Origin: Balanoglossus misakiensis
Taxonomy: Eukaryota > Animalia > Hemichordata
Direction: 5' to 3'
Assembly: GCA_040954595.2 (NCBI GenBank)
Contig: CM082593.2
Location: 1,746,901-1,810,900, forward strand
Length of the DNA: 64,000 nucleotides
The translations under genes were made by a program, and so were the position numbers. This document shows positions 39,753 through 51,400 of this stretch, piece by piece. The number at the start of each line of letters is the position of its first letter. Within the stretch, counting starts at the first letter, position 1. The notes beneath the pieces are model-generated. The model was given only the letters and a program-made list of their open reading frames with translations. It searched no databases and was not told the origin of the DNA.

Positions 39753-42174
39753 TGGACATTAAAACTTCTGAATATTAACAGAAAAAAGGTTTTATTTGAT
39801 CTAAAATCATGGGTTCTTGAACACACATCAAATAGTAACATGTGAAATTGAAACCCTGTCGTCTATATGTAAATAGAACTGCAGACAAGGTATTCCTTCT
39901 TGTATCTTGACTATTTAAGGGTGTTATTTTCAAGCTGTGCGTTCTAATCCATAAATACTATACAAAAACAGGTAATTTAATGGTCGAAATTATACTTTAC
40001 ATGTTAAATCCCGAAACAATGACATTTCAAAGCAATATCAAAGACTACTAGCCCGAAACTATAAAATGCATGCCAACATTTCCACTTAATTGCGCCACCA
40101 ACGATCAATATTGGTATTTCGCGATCGTGCTTGTCAGGTATCCCCTTCAGTGTTCTTTCTTTCTTTTTTTACATAATTTGGTCTTGCTGGACTCAGCTCA
40201 TACATTCTGTTATTGTTAAATACATGTTAAATCAATGTGAACGATCATACTACAAAAAGACATGAGAATCCTCATGTAAACAGACAATTCATGGGCTTGT
40301 CGGTGAAAAAAATACACTAAATCAAACCAGATGGAGCAAAGTCAAGTCAAAAAATCTAAAATACATTGTTTTCCATCAAAGGAAGTGATGTGATGATGTA
40401 CAGATTTACATTACATATTAATTATTTAATTTAATAAAAATCTTATAAATTTGAGACCACACCACATAAAGCGAAGATAGGTGAAGTTAAATATTCAGTG
40501 TATATGATAATTTTTTTATTAACATTCAATTGGTAGATTTTTACAGGGTTTGAAAACAAGACTTTACACAAGATAGCAGAAGTAAGTTCATCAATTTGGA
40601 TGGTGTTTTTTGCACCCGACCCAAAGAACTGTTTATTTAAATTTAAAAAACTCTAAAGCAGATGATCCATTGCAGCTGTAGTAAGGGAAGTGTCTGTTAT
40701 AGCAGTAGCACAGATGAGTAATCTGCCTGCATGCATGCATGCTCCTAGCGCCTAATTTACCATTCAGTGTCGTGACAGGAAACATTAATGACCCGTTGCT
40801 AAATGCATGAACTTTCCACCTACAGTACTAAGATTTAATAAAACCACCAGGTCAGCCGTGAGAATCTGGCAGACAAATGAGAAAAAGCTATGAAGAATTC
40901 AACAGCCAGTCACATACAAATCATTGGACCGAAGATATCTGCTTGATATCTATGTCCTTTCCTAAGTGATTGCAATTTAAGCTAATAATGGAAAAATAAG
41001 CACTAAATTGATGGTGCTAACGCTCTATTCGTAATTATTATTAATTAGTCAGATCGATAGTGAACTGTTGTGGTATGCTCCTCTGACAGCCGATAGGTAA
41101 TCAGGACTGAGCGAAAAATATCAGTACCATGGACAAGAGACGCTCAGAGCAGATTGTACTGTTACCACACTGTCTTGGAAGCACTATTTTATAGAAGGGT
41201 TAAGTACAACAATTCGAATTAAGAAACACACTTGTTGATTTAGGAGTGATATATCTTATGTGGCTGATGTCAATTTATATGAACGGATTCACTGTAAATG
41301 TCTATTTCCATCTTGTCAAATGTCTACCTACTGGTGTCAAATGTGCAAAGGCTGTAAGATATTCTGGGTTTTTGCCTTTTGTTTGTCAACCGAAGAGAAC
41401 ACAAATTATTCCACACTCAAAAAGTTCATCAACAACACAACTTCGTTTACTTGTGATTTATCTAGCCTGAAACCTAAGACTACAATGAACACTACAAGAC
41501 ACGACGTAACAAATCTCAGGTGCATGTGTTCCATGGAAATATCTAGTAAAACATTTCATTCAAAAACACCCAAAGAATCTCATGCTTTGATTGTTAATTA
41601 AACAAACTCACAACACTAAAAGCCACATGTTGTGCTTTTGAAAAAATAGACCATCAGTTTTGGATGCAAAGCAAAAACTGTGGTCGTTCATTGAACATTT
41701 TATATTTTCATGTGAAATTCATTTGACTATCCTCTCACTGGATAAAGCTGGTTCGGTACAATTTCATGTTTCATGACATTGTTCAGTCCTTTTCAGCAAT
41801 TCGTAAATTTCTGAATCACATCTTGCTGATCATCATATTTGTGTAAATGAATTTTTTGTAGATATATTTTAAACGCGTGAATTGGTTTTGTCCAATTTCC
41901 TTGTACAGAGAATAGTTAAGTTCTTGTTGGTGAACTGACTCTGTCGAAAATGCCGAATATATATACTACATGATATATTTTCTACGTTAGAGATTTAGAT
42001 CATTCAGCTCTCTGGTCATGAAAGAATAGGTGGACATATTTGCAGATTGGGTTGTAATGGACTTCATCCATAGTTGATTTATATCCAGTCCGCTTTCTGT
42101 CCAAGTTGTAAACACCACCGGAGTAGAATGTTTGCACTTGGGTACATACGGTATCATCTGCATGTCTGGGTTCC

Positions 42175-42373
42175 TCACATGGCGTTCTCTGCCAGGGAAT
42201 AATCCATGGTTACCGTCGTGGTCATCACGGAACCGTTGCGGGAGAGTTTCATCCCGTGGCCGGAGTTGTATGTTCCACTCATAGTGCTTGGTCGAGAGCC
42301 ATCGATTCTTTGGTCCGGTGCCCATTCAACGCACGGGAGGCATCGCAGTGCCTTTCGGAAACCACGACGGAAT
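42175..42373 (-). CDS. TACR: Gene B exon 4b (helix 8 and C-tail, counterpart of gene A exon 4); this frame is absent from the ORF track
   Basis: Acceptor tttcattcacag|A; hand translation (R)FRRGFRKALRCLPCVEWAPDQRIDGSRPSTMSGTYNSGHGMKLSRNGSVMTTTVTMDYSLAENAM*. Confidence 0.92.
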
Positions 42374-45300
42374 CTGTGAATGAAATACAGTGCCGTGACT
42401 TATGGTTGGCCTATTTTCTTCTTTTCTTTTGTTTCCAATAATCCAATTTCTTGCATGTTAATGTTGACATGTGTATGAACAGAATAACACTCGGTTGTTC
42501 ATTTCACAATATACATGCTATGTTAATGTTGACAAATATAATAAGTGACTCTGCAGTAGGGAGTGGAACAATAAATAGTAGTTGATACATTGCACAAATA
42601 TGCAAAATAGTCAAAATCAAGTAGATTGAAATAAATTTGCCCTGAGGGAGCAATATATAACCTAATAACACTTAATTTAACATAAAAGTATTGACAGTTC
42701 AAATTAAGGGAAGAATCATGAGATAGGAAGTGATGAAGCAAGAAACATGGTGAGTTAAGAGTTGGCAGATAGGTGATAAGGTAGCCAAGAAAACATAATT
42801 TGACTAACATGGGAGACTGCAAGGCTGTGTTTGTGATGATTATCACATATTTATAAATGAGAAGATGCGCAGTGGCCTTCAGCAAGCAAATTATCTGGCA
42901 TTGTTTGTAGATGAGATGCTGTTTTGGTGCGTAGCATTATAACTCTGTGCAAAACATGTTAAGTTTATGGGTTGAAAAAACTCTTTATAGCTGAGGTAGA
43001 AAATTGCAATAAGGCCACTGCAGCGTTCTTTTTAGTAACAAAGTCTGGCTTCTGATTGGTGACATGCAAAATTGGACATGCACAGATAATCAACCATCAA
43101 CCGTGTGACGTGCAACCAAGATGCGAAAACTTACATAGGGGAAGGCAGGAAGAATGCAAAAGAGAGCTCAAGAAACAATTCTAGACTGAGATCCATCGTG
43201 TTAGTAGTTCAGGAAGCAAGCCCCTTGATGAAGCAACTTGATACATGAGTGTGAAAGCGACCATTTAATTTCTGAAAAGTTATTAGTATTTGAGCCATTT
43301 GAAAAGATACAGGGCGTTGTCTGATCGATAGAATATGAAAGCATAATTAAGCTTAGATGTATTTTGAAAGTTTTTATATCCATAAAAGTAGCAAACTTTA
43401 TATGCGGTACATGAAACCCAAACATGTTCTTTGTCGGCTGAGGGTAATTCTTAAATTTAACTAATGGCAACTATAAGGGACATGTGGTTCATGCGGAAAT
43501 GAAAATTCACAAATAAATGATTGACCAATCAGAAACGAGCTTTGTCATGTCTGTTCACACTCGTATATCAGCTTACTTCCAATGGACGTAACGTTGGTTC
43601 TCTTATAGGTGACACGTGCACGACCAGACCCAAGGACTTTTGCCCAGCGTTCTTTGGAGTAATTGATGCAAGGAAGCCATTGGAATGCTTTCTTGAAGCC
43701 CATCCTAAAACTATAATACAATAGGGGAAAATCATCGAAATGATACAAACATGGCGAATTGTTTATACTGCAATCTGCAAGACTGTTATCTTGACTTTTG
43801 ACAAGATACCAGAAAGTGAGAATCATGGGCTTATTTTGTTATACATGTAATTAATGAACATCGATAATTATGATTATGGTAACATGACATAAATCGATAT
43901 ATATATTATGTGAACTCAAGGAACGCACAAGATGTACACACTGTGATTGAAGAATCATCAACCATAGCAACAGAAGATGTTGTTTCCATCTCTACTCACC
44001 TGTCATTCAACCAACAGTAGATGAATGGGTTATACATGGAGTTACTCATGGCTAACCAATAGACAGCCATGTAGATATCCCTCGTATGTTTATATGCATA
44101 TATAGTATCGTGGAAATGTCCCAGAAGAAAGAAGACGTGAACAGGAAGCCAGCATATAGCGAAGATGACAACTACCGTAATTAACATTTTCACCACCTGG
44201 AATAGGAAATCAAAGTCAATCAACCAAACACATACTTTGCTATAATTCAAATCACAATGTTTTAGACTCAGCTTTAAGTGTATTAAGGGCTCACTATTAA
44301 GATAAGTTGAAAGTCAAGTTGTTGTGCTCTCTGCTTGTATGTTATGCTTTCCTTGCACCTTTAGCTTACCTTTCGTTTAGCCTTTAGTTGTTCTTTGTGT
44401 CTGTTTGAAGCCTCTCCTGGAGCCTGACTTCCCCACAGTTTTATACCCACAATGGTGTAGCACACCAGTTGGGCCAATAGTGGCACGATGTACGTGATAA
44501 CCATAAACACAGTTGTGTACCTGGTGAGAAAACGGGAAACGAAATATGCCGAATTAGATTGTGCTAGAATGTTGCATTCTCTTTCCCAAGAAATATAGCT
44601 TTGAGCTATATATATTTTATCAAAATATTAATATCAATTATTCAGGCCAGACTGAGAACTACTAAAGCAAAGCATAGTAAATGTTTCCCCCTCCCACAAA
44701 AACACTCGCATTTTGAATTGATTACCATATACCGGTACATGTACCTACCAGAAATACCATTCACCATAACTGACACCATCAGGCCAGATAGTTACGCACA
44801 GACTCCGTTTAACCAGAGGGTCTGCAGAGTCCTCAGGGCATGTGACCACGTACTCCATGGAATACAAAGGCCATGGTATACATATGGCTACTGATACAAG
44901 CCACACAATAGTAATAATTGACTTTGCCTTCAACTTGGACATCCGTGGTCGCATTGGGTGAACTATTGCAACGTATCTGTCGATGCCGATGGACATAAGG
45001 GTGAATATACTAGCAGCAACAGTAACAGGGCCGATGAATCGTTGTATCTTGCAGTACACATCCCCATAATACCAATCGTTATAAATCATGTAGCTGAACG
45101 GGAATGGCACGTTGAAGATGGCATTCATTGCATCAGCGAGTGCCAGGTTCACGATGAAATAGTTGGTAACTGTCCGCATGCGTCGATGAGCCAACACGAT
45201 CCACAGGACAATGATGTTCCCCACGGCGGCTGTAGCAATCATAGCGCCAAAGACGAGCGCCCAGAGAAAGACAGAAACAGGTGCCGGTTTGGAGAGTGCA

Positions 45301-45419
45301 ATGCATAATTGCGTGTCATTCCCAGAATTATTAAAATCATAGTGGGTAGGCGAAAGCGTTGATTCCCATGAGAAGTTATATCCACCTTCGGATGATATAT
45401 AGGGTGCTGGAGAAGCCAT
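42175..45419 (-). CDS. TACR: Tachykinin (neurokinin) receptor-like GPCR, gene B; joined CDS with exon 4b is 1218 nt / 405 aa
   Basis: Exons of 671+151+197+199 nt join in frame through GT-AG introns of 228, 173 and 1626 nt. Motifs: [97 protein letters not shown]. Confidence 0.93.
43545..43710 (-). CDS. Gene B alternative exon 4a (second helix-8/C-tail exon)
   Basis: Acceptor tgtattatag|T in the phase required after exon 3; encodes (S)FRMGFKKAFQWLPCINYSKERWAKVLGSGRARVTYKRTNVTSIGSKLIYECEQT*. The first 15 residues align with TACR helix 8. An internal donor A|gtaagc lies at 43577/43576. Confidence 0.7.
44000..44196 (-). CDS. TACR: Gene B coding exon 3 (TM6-TM7), 197 nt
   Basis: Acceptor ttcctattccag|GTG; encodes VVKMLIT...CWLPVH...[10 protein letters not shown]; donor AG|gtgagt. 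Confidence 0.94.
44370..44520 (-). CDS. TACR: Gene B coding exon 2 (TM5-ICL3), 151 nt; absent from the ORF track
   Basis: Hand translation: ttctcaccag|G TAC... = (W)[50 protein letters not shown]; donor AAG|gtaagc. Confidence 0.94.
44749..45419 (-). CDS. TACR: Gene B coding exon 1 (N-terminus, TM1-TM4, ECL2)
   Basis: Start context aagATGg; 224-aa ORF; donor TG|gtaggt, phase 2, same position as in gene A. Confidence 0.95.
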
Positions 45420-48400
45420 CTTACTGTTCAGTCTGAAAGCTTAGATTGGGACTTCAGTGAATGTTCACTTGAAACGTTGATCTCAGGCAACAGTTACCAC
45501 TGATACAGTCTGCCTAAACGATTTTCCTTGTAAAAGTTACATCTACACAAAGTGACGCTCAAAATAACTCACTTATTTTTGCTGCCAGGATCTCTGGCCC
45601 CAGCAGCAAATGACAGTTCTGTTCTATATCAGTCTGTCTGCGAGAAAATTTGAACACAGTATATTAAACTTTGTCAATAAAAGAAGTAACACTATGCGGG
45701 CAAATGTTCAAATGATCAGATTCACTCAAACTGCACTGAAGGATGTGTGATAATGAGTTGCCAGTACATGAGCAACAATTCTCAGTCAAGACGACAGGTT
45801 TGAATAGCGATGGTTAATATGTTCACTGTCGCAACGACGATGGGTGCTATGAAAATTCACATTAATCCTAGGAGGCAAGGTGGCCATTAACGTCTTTCTC
45901 TGACTCCTGAAACGATAAAAAATGAAAATCAAGGTACATGTATTACTTGTAGTAATGAAAGGGATACAGAGTATAGTTGACAAACGTTTTAGAATTAGCA
46001 TACATTACAGGACCTTTCTCTGAAACGTCTGTGCATGGCATGCTGCACCATGCCACATTATGTGAAATCAACCTAAGGAGACGGTAATTTCCTCCCAGTA
46101 TGTGAATTGCCGGAAACACACAATTTTCTTACATCCAAGAACAATTTTCTTTATTAAACTGGCCAATTTTGTGTAACCACCTGATTTTCCTCTTATTAAC
46201 ACCGTCCTGAAATATATCACAAGTCTTCTGAGTATTCATCAGTAGTGTTAATTGTCAAAGAAAAAATCATCACTTCGTTTTGACAATCAAACAGGAACTT
46301 CAGCAGTACTATGATAATTCAAAGAGTGGGTATTAATCATATGTAGATATTTAAAAATCTGTTACCCATACTTTCTGATTATGTAGTTATTAAGAAATCC
46401 ATGAATTTCAGTGCTCCAACACTTAAATGGAATGTATTGAGATTTCTATGTCAGCACCAGAGCTGAACAGGATTTTAAAGCCCCGTTGCTACACAGAATG
46501 GTTATCAGAGTTTTAAAAATCAATAATGAACTTGCCCTTTAAAATCGATATTTATAGCTTAACTTGCATTTTAAACAGAAATGATCCAACCAAGCAGAAA
46601 AGCCTGTATCTGATAATCGATGACGTTTACGTCATGGATATGTAAATGAGAATTTTTCAATCAAGAGGTATTTTTCAACCAGACTAGGTTATTCATGGAA
46701 TGTAGTGAGTGGCATCTGCCTTCTGGTCACAACGCATTCTTAATATCCTAACCCTCAGATTTCATTTTGTGAGGCATAAAATAGGTTAGCATGTAAACTA
46801 ATATACTAACAAATCTAGACACGAATAATTCACAAAAAGCAATATGACAGCAAAATACTCAATTGGACACTGACGTATCAACAGATATAACAGCAATTAC
46901 ATATTCCAACCCTTTCCTTTTGATGAAAGGATATTTGTTGCACCTTAAAATGATCCAGAGTAACTTAACATCGTGTAACATGCATGCACAGTGACGCTAA
47001 GAGCCCTGATTAGTGGTTTACCTTGTGGCCAAACAAATTTCAAGATAAAAGAAAGTTCAAAGGTGTCGACACAATTGCCTGTGGCAGTCGTAGCATTAAG
47101 GAGGAAGTACACATGGTACTCTGCCCTCGGAAAAAAGGACTCCCCTGAATGATGCTTAATTTATAAGACAAGACAGAAGGCTACCTCTGTCATCTCTATC
47201 GGATGTTCTGAAACAACAGGTCACCGCTTTATAGATATTCAAATGTAAAATATCTAATTACTGAAGTAGCCATTACGATGTTACTCTGGTATCCATTGAA
47301 TCTAAGCCATCGATATGATACACCTTCCGGGGGTTATGCATCAGAATTCCGACTTCAAAAGTAGCATTGCTACATCTGAATAATGCACCAGTTCTATCAT
47401 AAGGAATATTTTACATGTAACAGCGCTTGATTGTAATCGAATGAAATAGTAGACGAGTGGATCACTGAAGGAGGTGGTGCTCTTGTTGTCCTTCACTTAA
47501 TGCTCCTGGTGGCGCCATCCTGCTGCTATAAAACAGTGCGCAAACATGGAGTAGCAGAGGACAAAATGTTAAAAATATGTTTATTGAAATCATGCTGCCT
47601 GATCAAGAAAGATCGCCATCCCAGACCAACAATACTACACTGTTTAGCGTACTCTATATAGACCTTATATGTGCTTTTCTTTGCGACAGTCCTGGGTTCA
47701 GTTATACCTTGGAAACAAAGTTGCCCATTCCAATCTATCTCAGCCAGAGTTTTAATGATTTTACGAAAATGAGGCATAAAAGTAGCTTTAGTCAAGATAT
47801 TAAACGTCTTTCCTTTGTAACTGTAACTCTATCGCATGCTCTTATCATCGACATCTTGAAGGCACCGCATATGTTTCTTGATCTACAAGAGAAAACCAGC
47901 CATTGTAATGTATGGATATGCCGACAAGATCCGATAATACTCAAGTTACACAAATTGCATTTTTGCCCTCTAGACAATATTAGCGCAACAAACGTGCAGT
48001 CCTCCATAATCACGTCCAGGCGATGCTTTAATTACAACTTGAAAGAAAACTGTGAAATCCCGATTTAAGTGTGTTTTACCAATGTCGCATTGCGTAAAAT
48101 TGGATTTATGACTTGAATTCAAAGAATTCCCAATACACGTCACATTTACTTCTGCTCAACATTTTCTTCTTTTATTCATATACAAATGCGGTTAGTAACA
48201 CACCAGTAGACCAATGGACTATACAAGTACAACAACTTGTTAAATAATGTGTGAGCTTTTGCTTTTAAGGACCAGAGAACTGGAGAGTCACCAATTGTCT
48301 CAGATTTAAAATTACTACTTTCTCTGTGTCTGTGGTTATAATTGTCAAAGTTGTTATCTGCACAATTGAGGGATATATTTCTTCTGAATTACACTGGCAG

Positions 48401-51400
48401 CGGTTGGTGAAATGCTGTTACAGTTGTTCTGTCCTTTCTGGCTGAATAGCTGGTGGCTATGCCGGCCACCGATGCACACGAGACAACCGGGATTCCTTCA
48501 AAACAATTACTGAAGTCTGTCAGACGGACATACCTCATATGTTATTTGACATGTAATGTATGCTGATTTAAGGGGTGACATATTCCAAGATGTTATAGGT
48601 CTGTTTGCGCAACACACAGGCAAGCAGTCAATCACAGTTTCCAATTGATGAGGAAACATTTTCTGTCACACATTTAACTGTGGATGCAGATACAAAAGAT
48701 GATGTTAAATCAATCCTGTATTTTGATTGCAAACATCTATAAATATTTCTTGATGAGATAGCGAACACCCTGCTGAGATAATCTCGCAAATAATACCGCA
48801 TATACTCAATCTGCAATAGGCAGGTATTTTTTGCATTTCTTTGCAAATGTTTTCTATTCCGGATCCCTGAACTGTCAGACCCGAATTGATTGCAATGTGC
48901 CATTTACATACTGAAGCCACAATTTCAGAGATCATGTTTGTTTGAAAGATCACCAAGTTATCTCACGTCCTTTCATACAACCTATAACCTAGTCAGCACA
49001 TCCTCTGTCAGATAACTGATTGAAGAAGACACAGTTTCGTGATTCAAATATTGCCAAAGTTCTTTTTGTCTGATTTTGTTCGAACCGAAGTAAATGCCGT
49101 CTTATATAAGACCTCCACATTCAAAACCAATCATTTTTTGTGTGGAAACAAACGTTAAATGTAAGCGTTGATCACTTTAAAAACATGCGTGATTAGTTTC
49201 AAGACATCATTAGGTCTCTCCTCAGTGACAACGCCACATTCTTTCTGAATCGTCCAAAGGTTTCAAGATAAGGTCGGTCAATCAAAAGGACTTGTCCTAG
49301 TTCCTCTTGTGTCATAGAGAAGAAAACAGTACATTTGACTGTCAGATGTTCTCAGCGCACCCCATTGAATTACACCAAACAGACAGATTACCCCATGCAT
49401 ATTTATACACTATGGCGAATTCATTTAATGGAACTCGACCCAGCGTGTGACCCTTTGCGCACAGCGTGTCACAATTAAGCGTGATGCGCGTAGATTTAGT
49501 CAGCTTATGAAATGGCTCCAATCAGTCTTCGATGCAAGCACAGCAGACACAATCAGTTTCACAAACAGACAATCTTTAGTGTTTCAGAAGGTAACAACAG
49601 AGCGTGCAAATGTTAACTCACTTGCGCATGAGTCCAAAATGTTATCAGCAAACTACGACTCTTTGTACAATGTTCATGTTGGTGAATTTTCTGAAATACC
49701 AATAAAATACACGTAACATGCAACTGTTTTTTTAAGTTAAATACATGTTTCCCTTTTCTTGTCATCGCTGATTTGATTTTGTAAAGGATCTTCAGATATG
49801 CAAGCTCTGTTTGACAAAATCTTATAAAATAATGAAAATGATTCAAAGAAATGATCATGTTATAGAGACATTTAACTTACAGAAAATATCCACAGTCTGC
49901 AGAATTTATCACCAGGTGATGAATTGGCCAGAGAGGGAGGTTACTTGAATCCACGTAATGTCCAGATGCGCTTTCTTTAGTAAGCAACAATTACTTTGAA
50001 CACCAGTGATTGACAATTGGTGCATCGCTAGCCACATATGCTTCTAAAGTACTGGGCAGGATGAGAAAGTTAAGATATGCCACTTGTTTCCATCGTCAGA
50101 TACACACACTGCAACATCATCCGCTGCTATGTTGGTTGGACGGTAAATGATGAAATGGCTAAATGAGTCTTCCACTGACAAATGCTTTATTAAATATCCA
50201 CGCATTACCAGGAGAAGTCACAAGCAGGATGACCAGTTATGCTTAACGCAGTGGCGGTATTGGTTAAACAGGCGTGACGTCACAAATAAACATAAATTGA
50301 TTGTTTGAATATTACGATGCCTAGGGAGTCCTTTGTAGCCCAGGGAGACAAGACAGGACCCCTTTCCATATTCCCAGTAAATACGGTGTGAAATCGATTG
50401 AAATTTTGATAAAAGAATTCGCTCGTGCGGAGACGGAAGTTACTACACCCTGATTGAATTTGAGATGAAGATACTTAGGTCGCCTTTAGGGTGTCCTCCC
50501 AATGGACCTTTGCTCAAAATCTGTTGCTATGGAAATGAAAAGCCTGTACATGACTGCCATATCCTACTGATATATGAGACCTTACGATTTTTTGTGCTTT
50601 CATTCGGGGTGTTTTCTCAAATTGAAATCAAAACCGCGTTGATGCATAGCTGAATTCACAGGTGTAATACCCGACTGAGCAAACTCTTTGACTAAAAGAA
50701 TGAGATTGTGTTCAGAAAGTTCTGCATTACTGTTGACTGTACACTAGTTGAAAACGCCAAGGTCACTTTGTCCAATTGAATCCATCAGGTGTACTTCTCT
50801 GTAAGCCCAATTAGGCTTAATCACTAGTTTAGCTTGCATGGCGATTTCGAGGAACCAGTGTCTGCAATGTGTTCGCAGTATCAAAACAGACCAGACTGAA
50901 CGTATGCAATAATGTAAAATTTATTGCCAGGTTCACATTGACGATAACGTTCAACTTGTATAGGACTTTTGCCCTAAGCATATGATGGAATAGAGTAGCT
51001 ACAGTCCCTGGCCTATTTTTGTCTATTTATTACTATTTTAGATAATACCCACAGTAATGAGTTCTTCGGGGTTAAAATATTCAAAATGTACAGTGTGGGT
51101 AAACTTTTGACAGCTTAACAGCTTAACTGATTTGCGCTAGTTTTATAATAACAATAATCATTTTAATGGCCTCCGCGTTATTCCAATCACCTGGACTTTC
51201 CACCTTAACGTCAGTCACTGACAGCACATTAATATGTTGTAAGTGAGGGTTATTCAATCATTTTGACGTTTTAGTTCACTTGGTTGGTTGGTTGCTTGTT
51301 TGGCTTGTGCCGATGATCGCAATACTTGGCCATACACTGAAATAGTGACCATGCACCTACCGTTCGAGTCAATGATCAACTGGTATTACTTGGTTGGAGA

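Noticed and set aside
41120-41140. RE1/NRSE-like word TCAGTACCATGGACA between the genes
   Set aside because: Mismatch in the core and a poor 3' half; could be chance.
41987-42325. 112-aa minus-strand ORF (MGTGPKNRW...) in the track
   Set aside because: Off-frame overlap with exon 4b; the frame homologous to gene A is a different one.
25597-45419. Alternative assignment as luqin/RYamide or NPY-type receptors
   Set aside because: YW(L/V)[25 protein letters not shown], FTQP and the 151/197-nt exons fit tachykinin-type receptors better; a tree would be decisive.
47526-48956. Cluster of 70-160 aa ORFs upstream of gene B
   Set aside because: No recognisable domain or transposase/RT motif and no coherent splice structure.
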